The notes under the pieces: generated by a model
What the model was told of the DNA's origin: nothing
The model's database searches: none
What the model saw: only the letters and a program-made list of their open reading frames with translations
From: Amphiscolops sp. MND2022
Taxonomy: Eukaryota
Assembly (NCBI GenBank): GCA_964187785.1
Contig: OZ076409.1
Location: 68,512,001-68,576,000, forward strand
Direction: 5' to 3'
Length of the DNA: 64,000 nucleotides
Position numbers and translations under genes: made by a program
In this document: positions 1 through 13,920 of the stretch, one piece after another
Layout of the letters: the number at the start of each line of letters is the position of its first letter
Position numbering within the stretch: position 1 is the stretch's first letter

Positions 1-97
1 AGAAGTCTGGAGCGCATTCGTGTGATATTTATTTCAAATTTTACAAAAGAATCGGTCTCAAGAGCAACTGTCTGGAGAAACCTGAAGAAATATGGTG

Positions 98-678
98 TTT
101 TTAGTCGGCCACAGACCTCACACTGTATGTACCACTTTTTGGTTCTGACGTTAATTGGTTTCGGGGGAACCCTTGAGTGGCGGGTTCGAGCCCTGCTTCC
201 AAGACTAAACGGCCCTTTTTCAATTTTTTTTCGGCACTGTGAAACTTTTTTTGAATATTTTCAATGTCTCCAGTGGGTCCTTTCAATTTTTTTTATATAT
301 TGCGACAAACTTGCTTTTCAAAAAGCCCGAAAGTTCGTCACTTTTATAATTTTTGGCATTATTTTTCAAATTTCAAAATGATTTTTTTTTCGTCCTGAAT
401 TTAGGTTTCTTCAGTGGACCAGTACGCTATATCCGGGTTTCGTTCGTTTGGGCGGCAGGTTTTCGGTACTATGCGACTTTTTTCTAAATTGTTTTTATCG
501 AAGTCCCCCTCAATTTTCACTAGAAACGAAACGTTTGCGAGCATGAAGGACTACTTATGGTTTCCGCACTATGCGACGTTTTCCAAAAGAAAAAATCCGA
601 TTATTGTTCGAAAGATAGTTTTTGTTGTTTCCAGTTGGGGAAAAAGTGGGGCGCCGACTTGGGCTGTTCCGGGTTTGT
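98..678 (+). mobile_element. Short HINE, family A (further partial copies ending ~1951 and ~5590, and 19480-19705 on minus)
   Basis: TTTTAGTCGGC start, GCGCCGACTTGGG...TTGTT end, shared TTTTCGGCACTGTG core motifs. Confidence 0.6.
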
Positions 679-757
679 TATCTAGGTTTCTATAAGTTTA
701 GCCCGTGGCATAGTTTGAGTTGCATAGTCCGTTCTCGTGGGTTCGAATTCCAAGATA

Positions 758-1311
758 CCTTAGTTGAGACTGCAGGAACTTTTTACATGCTGCAGGCCTG
801 CATGCAGGGTAATTGTTTATAAAACCTAGAAAATTCAGGGTAATTCAGGTGGTAAATCTTGTAGAATTACACTGCATTTTCCACTACTGCAATTAAATTT
901 GAAAATAGATGCAACATCATCACCGACACGACCTTATTGTATTTACAATTTGCTTTCTCAACTACTCATCTGATGTGATCACCGCGTCTCAAATAGGACG
1001 CTAAATATGACGGTATAGTGCAGTTTATTAGGTGACTGAAGTAATTTTGCATTAAAATGGCTGTTAAGCTGAGAGCAATTTATTTGCTTTTAAAATTTTA
1101 GAACTGCTTCTTTATGAAACCTGCAAAACTTCAAGGCGTAAAATTGCCGCCAAAACTTTGATGAATCATCTTTCAAGCAGCTTGATAAAAGTCGAATACA
1201 ACAGGTAAATATTTTCTCATTAAAGTTTCCGTAAGAGTTTTATAAAATCATAATAAAAGTTGCTGGCAGCATTAAAGTACATGCAAAAAGTTCAAGAAGT
1301 TTCAACAAGGG
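758..1311 (+). mobile_element. TA-flanked MITE (~550 bp)
   Basis: TIRs CCTTAGTTGAGACT / AGTTTCAACAAGGG with TA on both sides. Full-length inverted copy at 62113-62662. Confidence 0.8.
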
Positions 1312-3990
1312 TAGACAATTTTTGTCTTGTTTTCGCAAACTTATTTGAATTTTTGAATTTTTCGGTTTGGAAAAGGTGTTTAGAGAGTCTAGATCTCCTT
1401 TTGAGTTTTTCGACACTGTGCAATTTTGTCTCTGGATTTTTTCATCGAAACCTCCCTTCAATATTTAACAGAAACAAAGCCTTTCGCGAGCAAAGACGGC
1501 TCCTTTAGAGACTTTCAGCACTATGAAGACATTTTTTGAAAAAAATTCGGGGAAAAATTTCGAAAGTTTTACGTTTTTTGGGAGTGATGAGAGTTGTCTC
1601 AATACTCTTGGAAAAGGCCTATGGTTTTCCGACAGCGTGCGACTTCTCGGAAAAAATTGATTTGGTCAAAGTGTCACCATCATTTTTTGAGAAAAAAAGC
1701 CTTTCTATTTTTTTGGCACTGAGACTTTTCCAGGAAGAAATAAATGTTCGATTTTTTTTTCAAAAATTGGTTTTTTGATAATCGCAATTAGGGTAAAAGC
1801 GGTTTTAGAATCTTATGGTATCCCCTTGAGTACTTTTTGGCGCTGTCAATTTGATAGAAATTTTCACAACGGCGTCCCTTCGCGTATTCAAAATACTTTG
1901 TTCTTTTTGAACTTTGGACAGGGTGTCGACTTGGGCCTTTCCCGCCTTGTTTGTTTTGTAGTATTGTTTTTCAAAAACATTTTTGACGTATTCATTGTTT
2001 TGGAACTATACAATGACTTTCAGTGCTTCAAACAGAAAATCCAGCAACCAGAGAATTTTTGAAGCAAAGCTGTTTCCAATGAGCAATACATAATCTCTTC
2101 AAATAAAAAATCTATTTAATGTCACATCAGTCAAACTTCTGCTTCTGAAGCCAACCTTATGACTGAGTCATATTTTCTTCCACTATTGAACTTGGAGCCC
2201 CAGATGACACCTTGCCGAATTGACGGTCCTTTTTCTTGTCCAATTGTTTGTTAGTAGGGTTCCATACGTAATGATATCTTTTATGTCGGCATCGTGCGTT
2301 TTACGTAGTGTCGAATTCGTTCAATGCAATCTTTTGTTTCATGAAATTTTCCCCGCCCAGTTTGTTCGAGATTTTTAGGTTTCGGGGAATAGCTGGTAGG
2401 TTTTTGGTTCAAATTGTATTTGGTGAAAAAACCTTGGTTACTGCTGCGCCGTTTTATCCACGATAAAAAAGTCATTTAGCTAACAGTCTACTCACTGTCT
2501 ACTTAAATAGCAACACTGAGGTCTTTGTAATTATCGGCATTGTTAGGGTTTGGTTACATACAACTTTTTTGTCTATTAGTTCAATGACCTTTGTGATCTC
2601 TGATTGTCGTGACCAACCTCCGCGAAATTCAAATTCATTCATTGGTCACTTTTTTGGGATATTTAATTTTCAGTCTAAGAAAAGGCGTTTTTCGGCAACG
2701 TGAGATATTTTCAATTTACATAAAAACATTTTTCTTAGGACTTTTGAAAGACCACTTGTCTGTAATACCCACAGAATTCATCTGCCAGAAAAATAGGTTC
2801 GTTGCATATGTAGTTGTAAGGGTGTTTGAACATTTTTATTCTAAAAAAGTGTCTTACAAATGACAGTTTTTCGGCAATGTGCAACCTCTTCAATCTTCAA
2901 TGTTTTTAAAACCTGAATGCGAGCGAAGGGTATTTTGGAAACTGCAATTTTCATGAAAAAGTTCTATTCGTATAAGAACGTTAGGCCACCTCCGTAGATA
3001 CCTGTCATGTTGCTCTTTCTATATTACCTCGCCCTGGACATCTCTCCGAAAACCAATCTCATCGATCGTTCTCTACTTCGAAATTCATTTCCGTTCCCCG
3101 ATTTGTTGAATTGTTACATTGTATTTTTCGTTCCACGTTGAGGCATGCGCAAGTTGAAAGTTTTTTTTCGGAATAGTTGCAGTTCGTAACGGAGGCACCA
3201 GTCAAATTTACCATAACAAAAAAGGCTCTTCAAGAAAACCATAAACTTCGTTCCTAAGTTTCAACGCACCTTTTGAGAATTGTCATTTTAAAGCTTTATA
3301 TGCATAATTGAATAAACTAGTTGTAGTTTTTTTAAAAACTTTTTTAGTTTAATATGTTTCGATATTTTCTGTCAAAGATGCCTTCTGGAAACGTTTTCAT
3401 ATCATATCCCAATCATATCTCAATCGGTCTAATGGGACAAGCAGTAGCGATGGGAAATTTTCAAAAAGAAATGTAAATATATATTGGCAAAACACAAAAC
3501 CAACATAGTTGTTTTAATTAAAGCTCAGTAAAAGCTTCAAATGAGGTCGCGGAATTATTTAAATAAAATTTGAGAAGAGTCAGAAGTTTGATACCAAATA
3601 GACACGAACTCCCGCCCAAGCGGAGAACTACTTGGTGGAAAAAAACTCGAAATAAGCGGATAATATCGAAAAACCCTCGCCGGGCTTCTTCAGGCTTTTT
3701 TTCAAACTGAAAACCTCATATGACCATGAAAAACAGTTTGTAATATTCAAAAAAACAGTGCCAAAAAACCCAACGAGGGCGCCTCGGGAATGAGGAATGC
3801 CTTCTTTAAAACTGAAAACCAAGAACCAACACAAAGTCTACCTGAAGACAAAAAATGTCGAAAAACGATCGCACAGTAGTGGGAAAACCCGAAAAAGCCC
3901 CCTGGTCTCATTGAGTTTTTAGTCAGTTCTTGTTTTTACATTTAGTCAGTTTATAACAATGTTGCAATAACTATTACCGGGGCATTTCTT

Positions 3991-4724
3991 TGTAACGTCC
4001 ACCTAGCAGAGTACATCATAGAAGTGGGATAATGCCTAGGGTGCTTAAACAGGAGACCGTTGTCTTACTACAGCCCTAGACATTAGTTCTTAATCATCCC
4101 GAAATAGTCTCCTAAAAGGGACTTTTTCAAACGTCAAAGGAGGCTCCTCAGTTAGAGCTCCGTGGCGACGTGCCGGCGCACTCAAAGTCCGGACACGTCC
4201 CACAAGCCTGTAAAAACGTATCCTAAGGTTCCTAACGTTCCTGCGACTCTACATACCTCCGAGGTCCGAAAACAGGGGTTTAGCTAAAGTACATTTTAAT
4301 TAGGTGAATAACGTCTAAAATAACGAAAATAGGGGTCAAACATCACCAAACATCTGCAAAAACCACAAATACGGTACAACAGACAGAGGAAACATCAGGT
4401 GTCAGTGTCAGCTAGTCTTTGATTTGCTAGGTGGCAGATGCAAAATATGCAAACTTCTGAGTTTCTTGATCTTTTGGACCATTTTCGGGTTCCGCTGGTA
4501 ACTGGGACGTCTTCCGAGGGCGATGGGACCACACGGCGATTTCGGGGATACTTTTTTTGCGGGGGGTTCTCTCTCGGGCAGGGTGGGGGTGTTTTTCGTG
4601 CGTTTTTTCGCTTCTTCTACGGTTTCCGTACCTGCCGGGTCGGTCATCTTGAATGTGCTTTTATGATACCGCACATTTCGAATTTTTCATCGAAATTTTG
4701 TAACATCGACTGCCTGACGTTACA
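3991..4724. mobile_element. Solo LTR candidate (734 bp)
   Basis: Perfect 9-bp terminal inverted repeat TGTAACGTC...GACGTTACA, CTT on both flanks, and higher GC than the surroundings. Confidence 0.7.
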
Positions 4725-5635
4725 CTTTTTTGCGGGGATTACAGAGCTTGCACTAAAAGGGCCACTATTTACAGAGTGTAAGCCTAGGGACTGAAAGGTA
4801 CCTTAAAGGAAAAAGGGTACTCCCGTTGAGTAATTCATAGTTTTACCGCCTTCTCGAAAATATATGGGATCGAAGAATCCTCATCATTGTTCTTTTTGGC
4901 ACTGTGACTTTTTACCGAAATTTGTCGTAATTCACAACTGCCTAAATCATTGATCTGTTCCAAGCTATCAGTTCCCAGAGCGTAATGGGACCTTCCCTCA
5001 TGTTTCTTGGCATTGTGTGACTTTTCTCGAAAAACATTCAAAATTTTTCAAATTTAATTGTGTTGTTTCATGCTTGCAGTTGCAGCATTTTGATACTGTG
5101 ACAATGTTTCGGACACATGCCAGAATACACGTTCTCCTGGGAAGTTTTATTCTGACATCATTTTAGAGGGCGCTTCATGAAGTGAAACGCTACTATAATA
5201 GTGAATCGTTTTCTTCAATCAATCCACACGAACTGACCAAGTTAGTTCTACCATATTCTCCGAAATTTTAAGGGGCCAAAGTGCACCATCTATCTCCGGG
5301 AGCTGAACTGTAGTAGTTGTTCCTTTTTGAGCGTAACATACAAAACCGGACGAGAATAAAAGGTCCCCTCTTTCAGATTTTTCGGCATCGTGAGATTTGT
5401 TTTCGAAATATTTTTTCTTCCAAAGGGTCCTACGGTCAATGATTTTGATATGTTGCAACAGAATGGATGCTGAAAAATCCCAAGGGTCCCCTTTTGGGTT
5501 TTTCGGGTAGTGTGAAAGAATACTTGACACTTTGAAGTCCTTCTGCCAATTTTGAGCCTTAAACGGTGCGCTGATTAATGCCGTTCGTGACCACCAGTTT
5601 GAGTCGTGTGTAATTCATTTGTCACGTTTTTGGTG

Positions 5636-8511
5636 AAAAGGACGTTCGCTGAGCAGCGAGATAGATTCCGCCCTCAACTGGTTTTCAACTGCATAAATTT
5701 GAGGCTCAAGTGTAGGCAATGCATATGAAAACGCAAAGAAGTTCGGAGAACAGAAAGCTTTGATCTCAGCCCATTGTTAAAAGTAACACTGTTTTTTAAC
5801 TTTTGCGATAGCTAGCCACTTTTCTTTTTTTGAAACTATGCAGTTACCGATTGAAAATAAAATTTTCGAAACATTTTTTCAAAAACACATTTTGAGAAAC
5901 AATTTTTTTGAGAAACAACAAGTTTTCTGTAAAGGAAATTCGTTTCCCGATACTTGAGGGTGACCTCTTTGTTACTTTGGATCCTGTGGAATTGATGAGT
6001 TTTTCGGCCTGAGGAAAGTAGTTTGGAGAGCGGAAATTTTTTCGCCATCATGAGATTTTTTCGAAAAAAAATCAAAAACTTGGAATCTTTGTGATTCCTG
6101 TCGGGGCAAAAAGTTGTTTTGGGGTCTCAGGCGTTTTTCTTGTGCTAATTTTTGGCACTGAGAAAAAGATTAAAGTATAAAACTAGGGTTTTTTGCAGGT
6201 TAGGAAACTTGAGCAGTTCCGGTTTGTGCTATTATTGCACATAGTCTATCCAAAAGTGTCAAAAATTGGAAAAACTTGATATTTTCGACATGTTTGGGGT
6301 CAATTTGAGGAACTTTTCTAACATGAGACTGCTGATATCTCTTCTAAAACAAGCCTTCTACACACCGAGTTTAGTTGTTGAATATTTTCACCATTCTAAC
6401 CCAAGCAGTAGCTCGAATCCTTTACCTTTAGAAGGTGTAATCCATTTGAATTGATTTAGCTTGGAGCTTACTGTTTACTAATTATTTGACAATTGAGGTC
6501 GAAAAACATTTTCACGATTCCAAGTGAAGTTTTTGAAAGTGCAATTGATCTTGTCTGATATATTTTTGAAACGCACACTACCGGTTGCTACACGTTTCAA
6601 TCGTGAGCCTATAGAGTTTCTGATTAGAGAAATTTTCGGAAAGGGTTCAACATTGGGACTATGTTGTCGGAAGACGAGAAAAAATGGAAACTTTGACACC
6701 TGTGTTGTAAACTCGAGGAACTTCAACTCATCGCATCAACGTTCAGGTCAATGAAAATACTACTCCACAAAAATTTTCATGGTTTGGACAAAAATTTGTT
6801 TTTATTTGTCAAAAAACCTGCTTTTTGTCGTTTTATGAGTCATGGGTAATCTTTGAGGCCAATTCCAACAAAAAATTGCAGTTATATCTTCGAAAACGCC
6901 ATTTGAATACCGCGATTAGTCATCGTTGAGTTTTTAAAACTACTTCATGCAAGGAAGGGGCTCAATAGTTGCACAAAAAACGGCACAAAAACGTAAAAAA
7001 AACATGAAGGTTCTAGATTTTGCACCATTTTGGTCTTTCTGAGGAGTTTCTCATCCATGAACCCAGCAAATTTTTCTTCGAAGTATCTGCTGCGCACCTA
7101 GAATTATCAACGTCTGCTTTTCGAAGCTTTAATCATACCAAAAGTTTCTACTCTCAAGTAAAAGTTCACTGAAAATATCAATATTCGGCAAAAATTTTGA
7201 CATTTTTGTCTTTTTGCGGTGAATTTTGAGACATTTTCTATCCGAAGTCTGCAATGTTTCTTTAATAGCCTACTAGAGAATGAGTTCAGTCTTTGTTGAA
7301 AAAGTTGTCAAAATTCTGACTCCAAAACGATTCAAAAAGTACACATAAATTGCAACAAAACAACGTGATGATTTTGAAATTTTTCGATTTTTCGACACAT
7401 TTGTAAGTGTCATTGAAGCAAAACTGCTGCAACGTGCTCTTCAAACAATGTACAACAATGTATTGCAAAACCTGTTTTTTCGTTTTTGTTTTTGTTGGAA
7501 CTGAAACGGAACCTCTCGGAAATTGTACAGAAATCGCATCAAAAACGACAAAAACTTCAAAATTTTGGACATTTTTTCGGTCAATTTGAAGCATTTTTTG
7601 TTACAAATTGAATTTATCTCTTAACGAAAGGTGGCTGAAACATCAAGTTTTTCCATTGTATAGGGGTTTAACATTCTAGTCCACGAAGTCTATCGACAGT
7701 TTGACGAAAATAAAAAAGATCTAGAAAAACGGAAATATTTTGAACTTCTGTCTTTTTCGATGTCATTTTCAGACATTTCTCAATTGAAAAAATTGCATTT
7801 GTCTTATCAGTAAAGCATACTGGACAACATATTTTTTCTTTGTTGACTTTCTCAACATTCTGAATCACGAAGTCTGTCGAAAGTTTGACAAAAATGATAA
7901 TTTTGGGTTTTTTGTTAATTGTTGTGTCAGTTTGAGACATTTTTCATGTACAAAACTGCAATTATCTCTTGATTAAAGACTACCACACTACAAATTCGTA
8001 CCTTGGTGAACGTTTTCAACATTCTTGGTGAAAGTCTGTCAAATTGGTGACAATATTTTCAAAAAATTTTTGAATATTGTGAAACTTTGGGACTTCTGCC
8101 TATTTCGGTGTCAATTTGAAATATTTTTCATCTTAAAATCCGCAATTAACTCTACGAGAAAGCCTACTGGAAAATGAATTTGTGGTATGTTGAGCATTTT
8201 TAACACTCTAACACACGATGTGTATCGAAAATTGACAAAAATTGAATAAAAACGTGTAAACTTGGGAATTTTTTGGAATTTTTTTTATCATTTTTGGGGT
8301 CATTTTGGGTCATTATGGGGTCAGGTTCGTCCTTACCAAAAAACTCCGAAAATTTCTACAAATATATATAGCACGAAACTAACTTTATGTGATATGAAAT
8401 CTATGGGTGACACCCTTGAAGTTGAATATAAATTTGGTGCTTTGCAAATTTTGTTAAAAGAACCGTTTGATTTAAATATTTTCCTTTCCCATATTCAATA
8501 TGGGCGGAAAA
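5636..8511 (-). mobile_element. Second, inverted copy of the long HINE
   Basis: Colinear reverse-complement matches to 13921-17108 (e.g. 8380-8511 vs 13929-14060; 6690 vs 15990; 5700 vs 17035) with the same termini. Confidence 0.8.
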
Positions 8512-11500
8512 CCGAAATTCGCATGATCTATCTGATTTACTGACTAACTCTTAGTATAGGCTGATCTAAACGTGTTATTTAGTGGACGCTTTCAGTTGAG
8601 ACTGATAACTTTTGACCGGAATCCTACAATAACTTCTTTATTTTTTAATTTGCCTTTTCAAGTGAGGCGGGAATGCTATGAAACTGAAAAAGGTGGGGAA
8701 ACAGTTGGCAGTTAATCTTGTTAGAGCGTTGTTCTCACAAATAGGAGGATGTTCGAATCTCACCAATTTCTTCGTCGGTTAATCTGACAGAGAGTGCAAA
8801 ACATAATATCAAGTGTGTAAAACAATATCATTCAAGAAAGCGTACTTAAATCACATATATTCAACCTCAATTCTGCAAGCTGGAGGTTAGGGTTCGAATC
8901 TATATAACGCTGGAGTTTTTTGTGAATAGAATTATACGTAGATAGATACGTTCTGGGCTTGTTAATATCCATAACGTTTCTCCTAATTTCTGAAGTGAAC
9001 GTTCACATAAACCTGGCATCATTTTCAAACTATAGTTTTGTATTTTATTCGTGATTAGATAGATGTTTCTCGGGAAAATATTAATAACTTACTATTTTGA
9101 CATTTTCATTTTTTCTTGAGAGCAGTTTGCTTATCAAGTAAATAATTATAATAGCAATAGTTCTTTTCTGATCTGATAAGCCTGTAAGAAAGAAGTAGCT
9201 TTTTCCAGGCTTCAGTGACAAAAACTTGACAAAAGCATAGTTTTTTGGACATCGTAGTGTTGAAAAGAAGTTTTCGCTGATGTTTCGATTAAGTAGTCTT
9301 CCATATTGAAGTTTTGACTGACTTTTCGGAGCAAAAGTCTTCTGAAAATAAGGTTCGGTTGATTTTTTAATGTTTCGTAGACTTCTCACCATTCGCCCGA
9401 TGACTAATTTAGTTTCGATACCTGACAATTTAATCTCAATTCTATTACGTCATCATCTCCAACCGCCCGGGTCCTCGAGTCCTCTCAATGGCTGAAAAAC
9501 TTAATGCATGTCGCTCTAAAGTATCCTCTGGTTTGATAAGAGCACTCAAGGCTTTTTCAAGATGCACAAAGTTCTGCATTAGTGGAGGTTCTCAGTTTAG
9601 CAGCCGCGTCGCAAAAAGAGAAAAAGCGATATCAATTAAAACTCGTGAAAGTTGACATTAAATTGGGACTTGGCCAATGGATAGGCTTCTCCGCGCCATT
9701 TCCGCTCCAAAACAGTCAATAAAAGGAGCATAAAAGGCACGCAATGATTTGTTACTTTTCGTTCTAATTGCGAGCGAAGTGACTAGATTTATATTTCATA
9801 TGGTAGGCTTCGCTAGGTATTCCTTTTCCATACCCATCAATGGCTTAATTAAAGCCCGTGGCGCCGGGAGGAAAACAATTATAACTTATGCACATTTGGT
9901 TCTAATTTGAAAAACTTCAATCGATTATGCGTCTTTACAATTTAATGTTCATATTTTTCTCCTAATCCTATTAAACGTCAAGGCTCATAACTGAAAACAG
10001 CAAAAAAGCTGCTATGAAAGTTATTATCATTTTGTGCTGACTGTTTTAGGTAAATTTGAATTTTAGCATTAGGTAAATAAGTAAAAAAAATTACACGTAT
10101 TAATCGTCTTCATCGTGGTCGTCTAGGCACCGCTTTGACTATCATCATAGCCCCACCGAGTTTATTTAAACTCCCCTTATCAAGACTGGCGTACACTAGT
10201 TAATGCGACAAAGGCAAATAACTGCAAAACGCACAGTTATAGGTAAGTAAGAAGGAAATTGCAAATTTGTAATTGCTCAAAGCACAAGTATGGGGAATAA
10301 AATTAAATGGTGTGTCTAGCTAGTAATAGAAGCTACTAGCTGTTGCCATTGCTACAACTAGTTTTTTAGCTGGTGTTTTTCTACTTTCTCTCTCTCGCTC
10401 TCTTCTAAATTCAATTTTCTCCTTTTTTGCTAAATTTTGCTGTTTTTTCCTGCTATTAAACGGCTTCCCTATCATAGTGCTTACTAATGGATACTTCGGG
10501 AGCAATCAGCGATTGAGATGAGATAGTTTTAGCAGCGTATAATTTTCCAGTTTTTCCTGTTTTCCTTTCTCTTCCCTACGACAAGACATCAACTAGGCAT
10601 CGAGTCGCCAAGTGGGCGCCAAAAAGAAAAGCCACAACAGTTTTAATTGTCCAATTGTGCCACAACTAATACCCCCTCACGCTTGCTAGAAAACAATACC
10701 GAGCAGAAAATGTGACGCAACGACAATGTTTCGGGCTAAATGTGAAGAATGACTAATAAATTGAAAAAATCAAAATAGACAAAATTTCTGCCAATTGAAA
10801 GTATGGAAACCACGGTATCCCTCTCAACATTCGACCACAGCAAAGATCCCTGCATTATAGCTACCGGTGGAATAAGTTTCATCCATTAGCATAAAGACTT
10901 GACCGTTCATCTATCCATCTATCACTCTTCCGTTTCTTCATTTTTCACTTAACTACTCTAATTTTTCTTTCTCTTGTCTTTGTCTTGTTTTGTCTCACCA
11001 TTTTTCCCACAGCTCTTCAATCACTCCACTTAGAGGCTACTTTGTAGCCCGAACACCACTTTTGAAAGAGACCCGCTCTGAATCAGTTTGTTTTCTACTC
11101 TCGCTTCTGTCAAAAGGTTAGATTGTCACTTTTATTTGTAAACAAGACAACTTTCACTTTTCTTTATTTCGGACAAAGAGATAATTCGAATCCTCATTTG
11201 CGACATGTTTTCCATTTTTCACTGAAGTTTTTTTTATTTTTGAAGATTTTTGATCCAGGACGAACTTACATATGTCTATGTGAATGAATGCAAAGTTGAT
11301 TGTAATTGACTTTTTGTCTAGTCGAAAAAGTTGATCAAAATAAGCGTTTTTGAATCCATAAATTGTCGATCCTCGAGTCATCTATTAAATATTTTTCAGT
11401 TTTGGTACTCAAATTTTGATGGTTGAAACTTACTATCATAAATTTATCTAGTAATAAAATTGTCATCTGATTTAATCTACATTGTTTTCTCAGCTATCTG

Positions 11501-13920
11501 GGATAATTTGTTCCGATTTTTTTAAGCTGAACTTCACAATAATCATGAAGATATTCGAAAGATTCAATTTTTTGAGCTAATATATCAATTTTTCTCATAA
11601 AAGACTCTCTCATAAATATGAAGATGAGCGTTATCATATGCTTAACTTCAGAGAGCAACAAATTAGTCGCCTATTAAAGAACAATGAAAGCCATTTAGGT
11701 ACCACATTTAAAACTTATTCAACTAAAACGACGAAATCATTTTCAATTATCGTAACAAATTTGTTCCTTGCCATGTAGAAAGAATTGAATTTTAGTTTAC
11801 ATTATTTATAAACTGTTGTTTCATTCTTGAACGATTATAAAAATTTGTATTATAAATTTATCAAAAGGATAAGGATCCGATACACCTCATTGCTTGCTAC
11901 CATCTTTGTTTTTGTAAAAATCGTCTTTGTGTGACCACTGTTCAAAAATATAGCATCCGTGCTATAACTTTTTGTTCCTTATATGCGTATGAATCAACGA
12001 CGTTCAAAAATTTATCTGTTAATTCTTTACAAATTGTACTTTGGTGATCATTATTGTAAGCGGAGGTAGGGGAGGGGGTGATTCTGGTTCGAGCTGCGAG
12101 TCAACCAAGTGTTACGTCACAACAACATTTGTGTTTTTTTTGGCTCTCAATTTTCTCCAAACAACAAGAGACAAATTTTGCAGCGTCGACACGTGAAATA
12201 ATGTGAATATATTATTAAGCGTTGCCTCCCTTCCGCAAGGAATGATTAATGACGTAATCTGGGATACAGCAACGTGATTCCAGTCAGGTGTTCAACACGA
12301 CAGACTTGTCGTCTGGTTGGGCCTCTCGCCTTCCGCCTAGAAACCCACCTATGTAAAAATTATATAATTTTACAATCCTACTTTTCTAATTCATATACTT
12401 CTACACCATTTTTTGTTCACTGCAATCGAAAACAACAGACATACGAGTATGAGTCATATGCATTTCGTAAACCGGTTTATGTATATTTTTCTGTAATCTA
12501 CTACTTGGGCAGAATTGGTTTAACTTTTGTGGAGATGAAAATTTAGCGTGATCATTAGATCTCAAGAAGAAAGTTTTAAGCTGTTTCTTTAATTTCCATT
12601 TTGAGTGGAATTAACTTCCTCTCATACCAACCTCTTGAAAAGCTAACAAGGATAAAAACAACTGAAGTGACTGGGTCCAAAGAATTGTTTAACTCATCCA
12701 ATCAAAGAAGTCATCAAAAGGGGGCTGAAAAGTCGTTGGCACCTCACAGGTAAGTTTTTTCTTATACTTTCACCATCTTCTTGAAAACAATTTCTTGGGA
12801 GTTTGGATCTCTTGATGACGTTAACACAGATCACCAGAGATCCAATTTTCCCATCCAAAAGTTTTCATGATTTTCATATATTTTGATTAAATATTATATG
12901 TGAGTGGATGTGCATAGACGCGTAATCTTTTGTCGGATTCTTTAAAATAATTTCTTCTGTTACAATGATCAATAAATGAAACATTCATTCTTTCAATTTT
13001 GTCCAATTAACTACTTTTAAAAATTTAATTCAAATGCAACTTATTTCCACTGATCAAAAAAATCAATAATCAAAGAAATTTCCGAAGCTTTTTAGCACAA
13101 AGATTTCATTTCAATTTCGCAAATATTTGAATGTTTGCATTTGTGAGCAGGCTTTTTTCAAATCAAATTTTGCTTTGCTTTTTATGAATTGGTGAAAAAA
13201 AAATACATTTGAACTTGAGAAATAAAGTCTGGCTTTGAGGATTAGTCCTATACAATTACAACCTATTGCATGCATTTTCAACATTCGGTAATTTCTACCC
13301 GAACTATTTTGGCTATTTGATCTCAATTCGTTTGAAATCTCAGTGCATTACAATAGTTTTTGACGGACAATACAGATCTAATTATGGATAAATTACTCAT
13401 GAAGAAGATAGAAACCTCTCAAAATTGGAGTAAAATTAGCGAATTTGGTTTGCATTTGACGAAGAAGTTAACAAAAAATGAAAATGTACGAAACTATTTA
13501 CATAACGCATTAGTTTAATCAAAACCTATGATTCAACTTTTGTTTTGGACGATATTGCATTGAATTCAAAATTCATTATGTTGATATAATCAGCCAGAGG
13601 GTGAAATTGGACAGGTCAAAATTGCGTGGGACGAAAATAGCTGAGATAATAAAAAGGACAAATATTAAGCACATATTGCAAATTTCAAAAACGGGAAGCG
13701 CTACAAAAACGAAGACTACTGTAATATTTTGCATTCCTTGAGGGTTTATAATAATGATGACTATAACACAAACTTATATGATAACAAGATGCCTGCAGAG
13801 CAGCAGGATATTTTCCGCCACGAAATAAATCAGCTACATTTTTTAAAGCTCGAGCGTGAAAACTCCTACACCTTTCCAACCATTTCACGCCTTAATCTAA
13901 AAACCACTCAAATAATAGAG

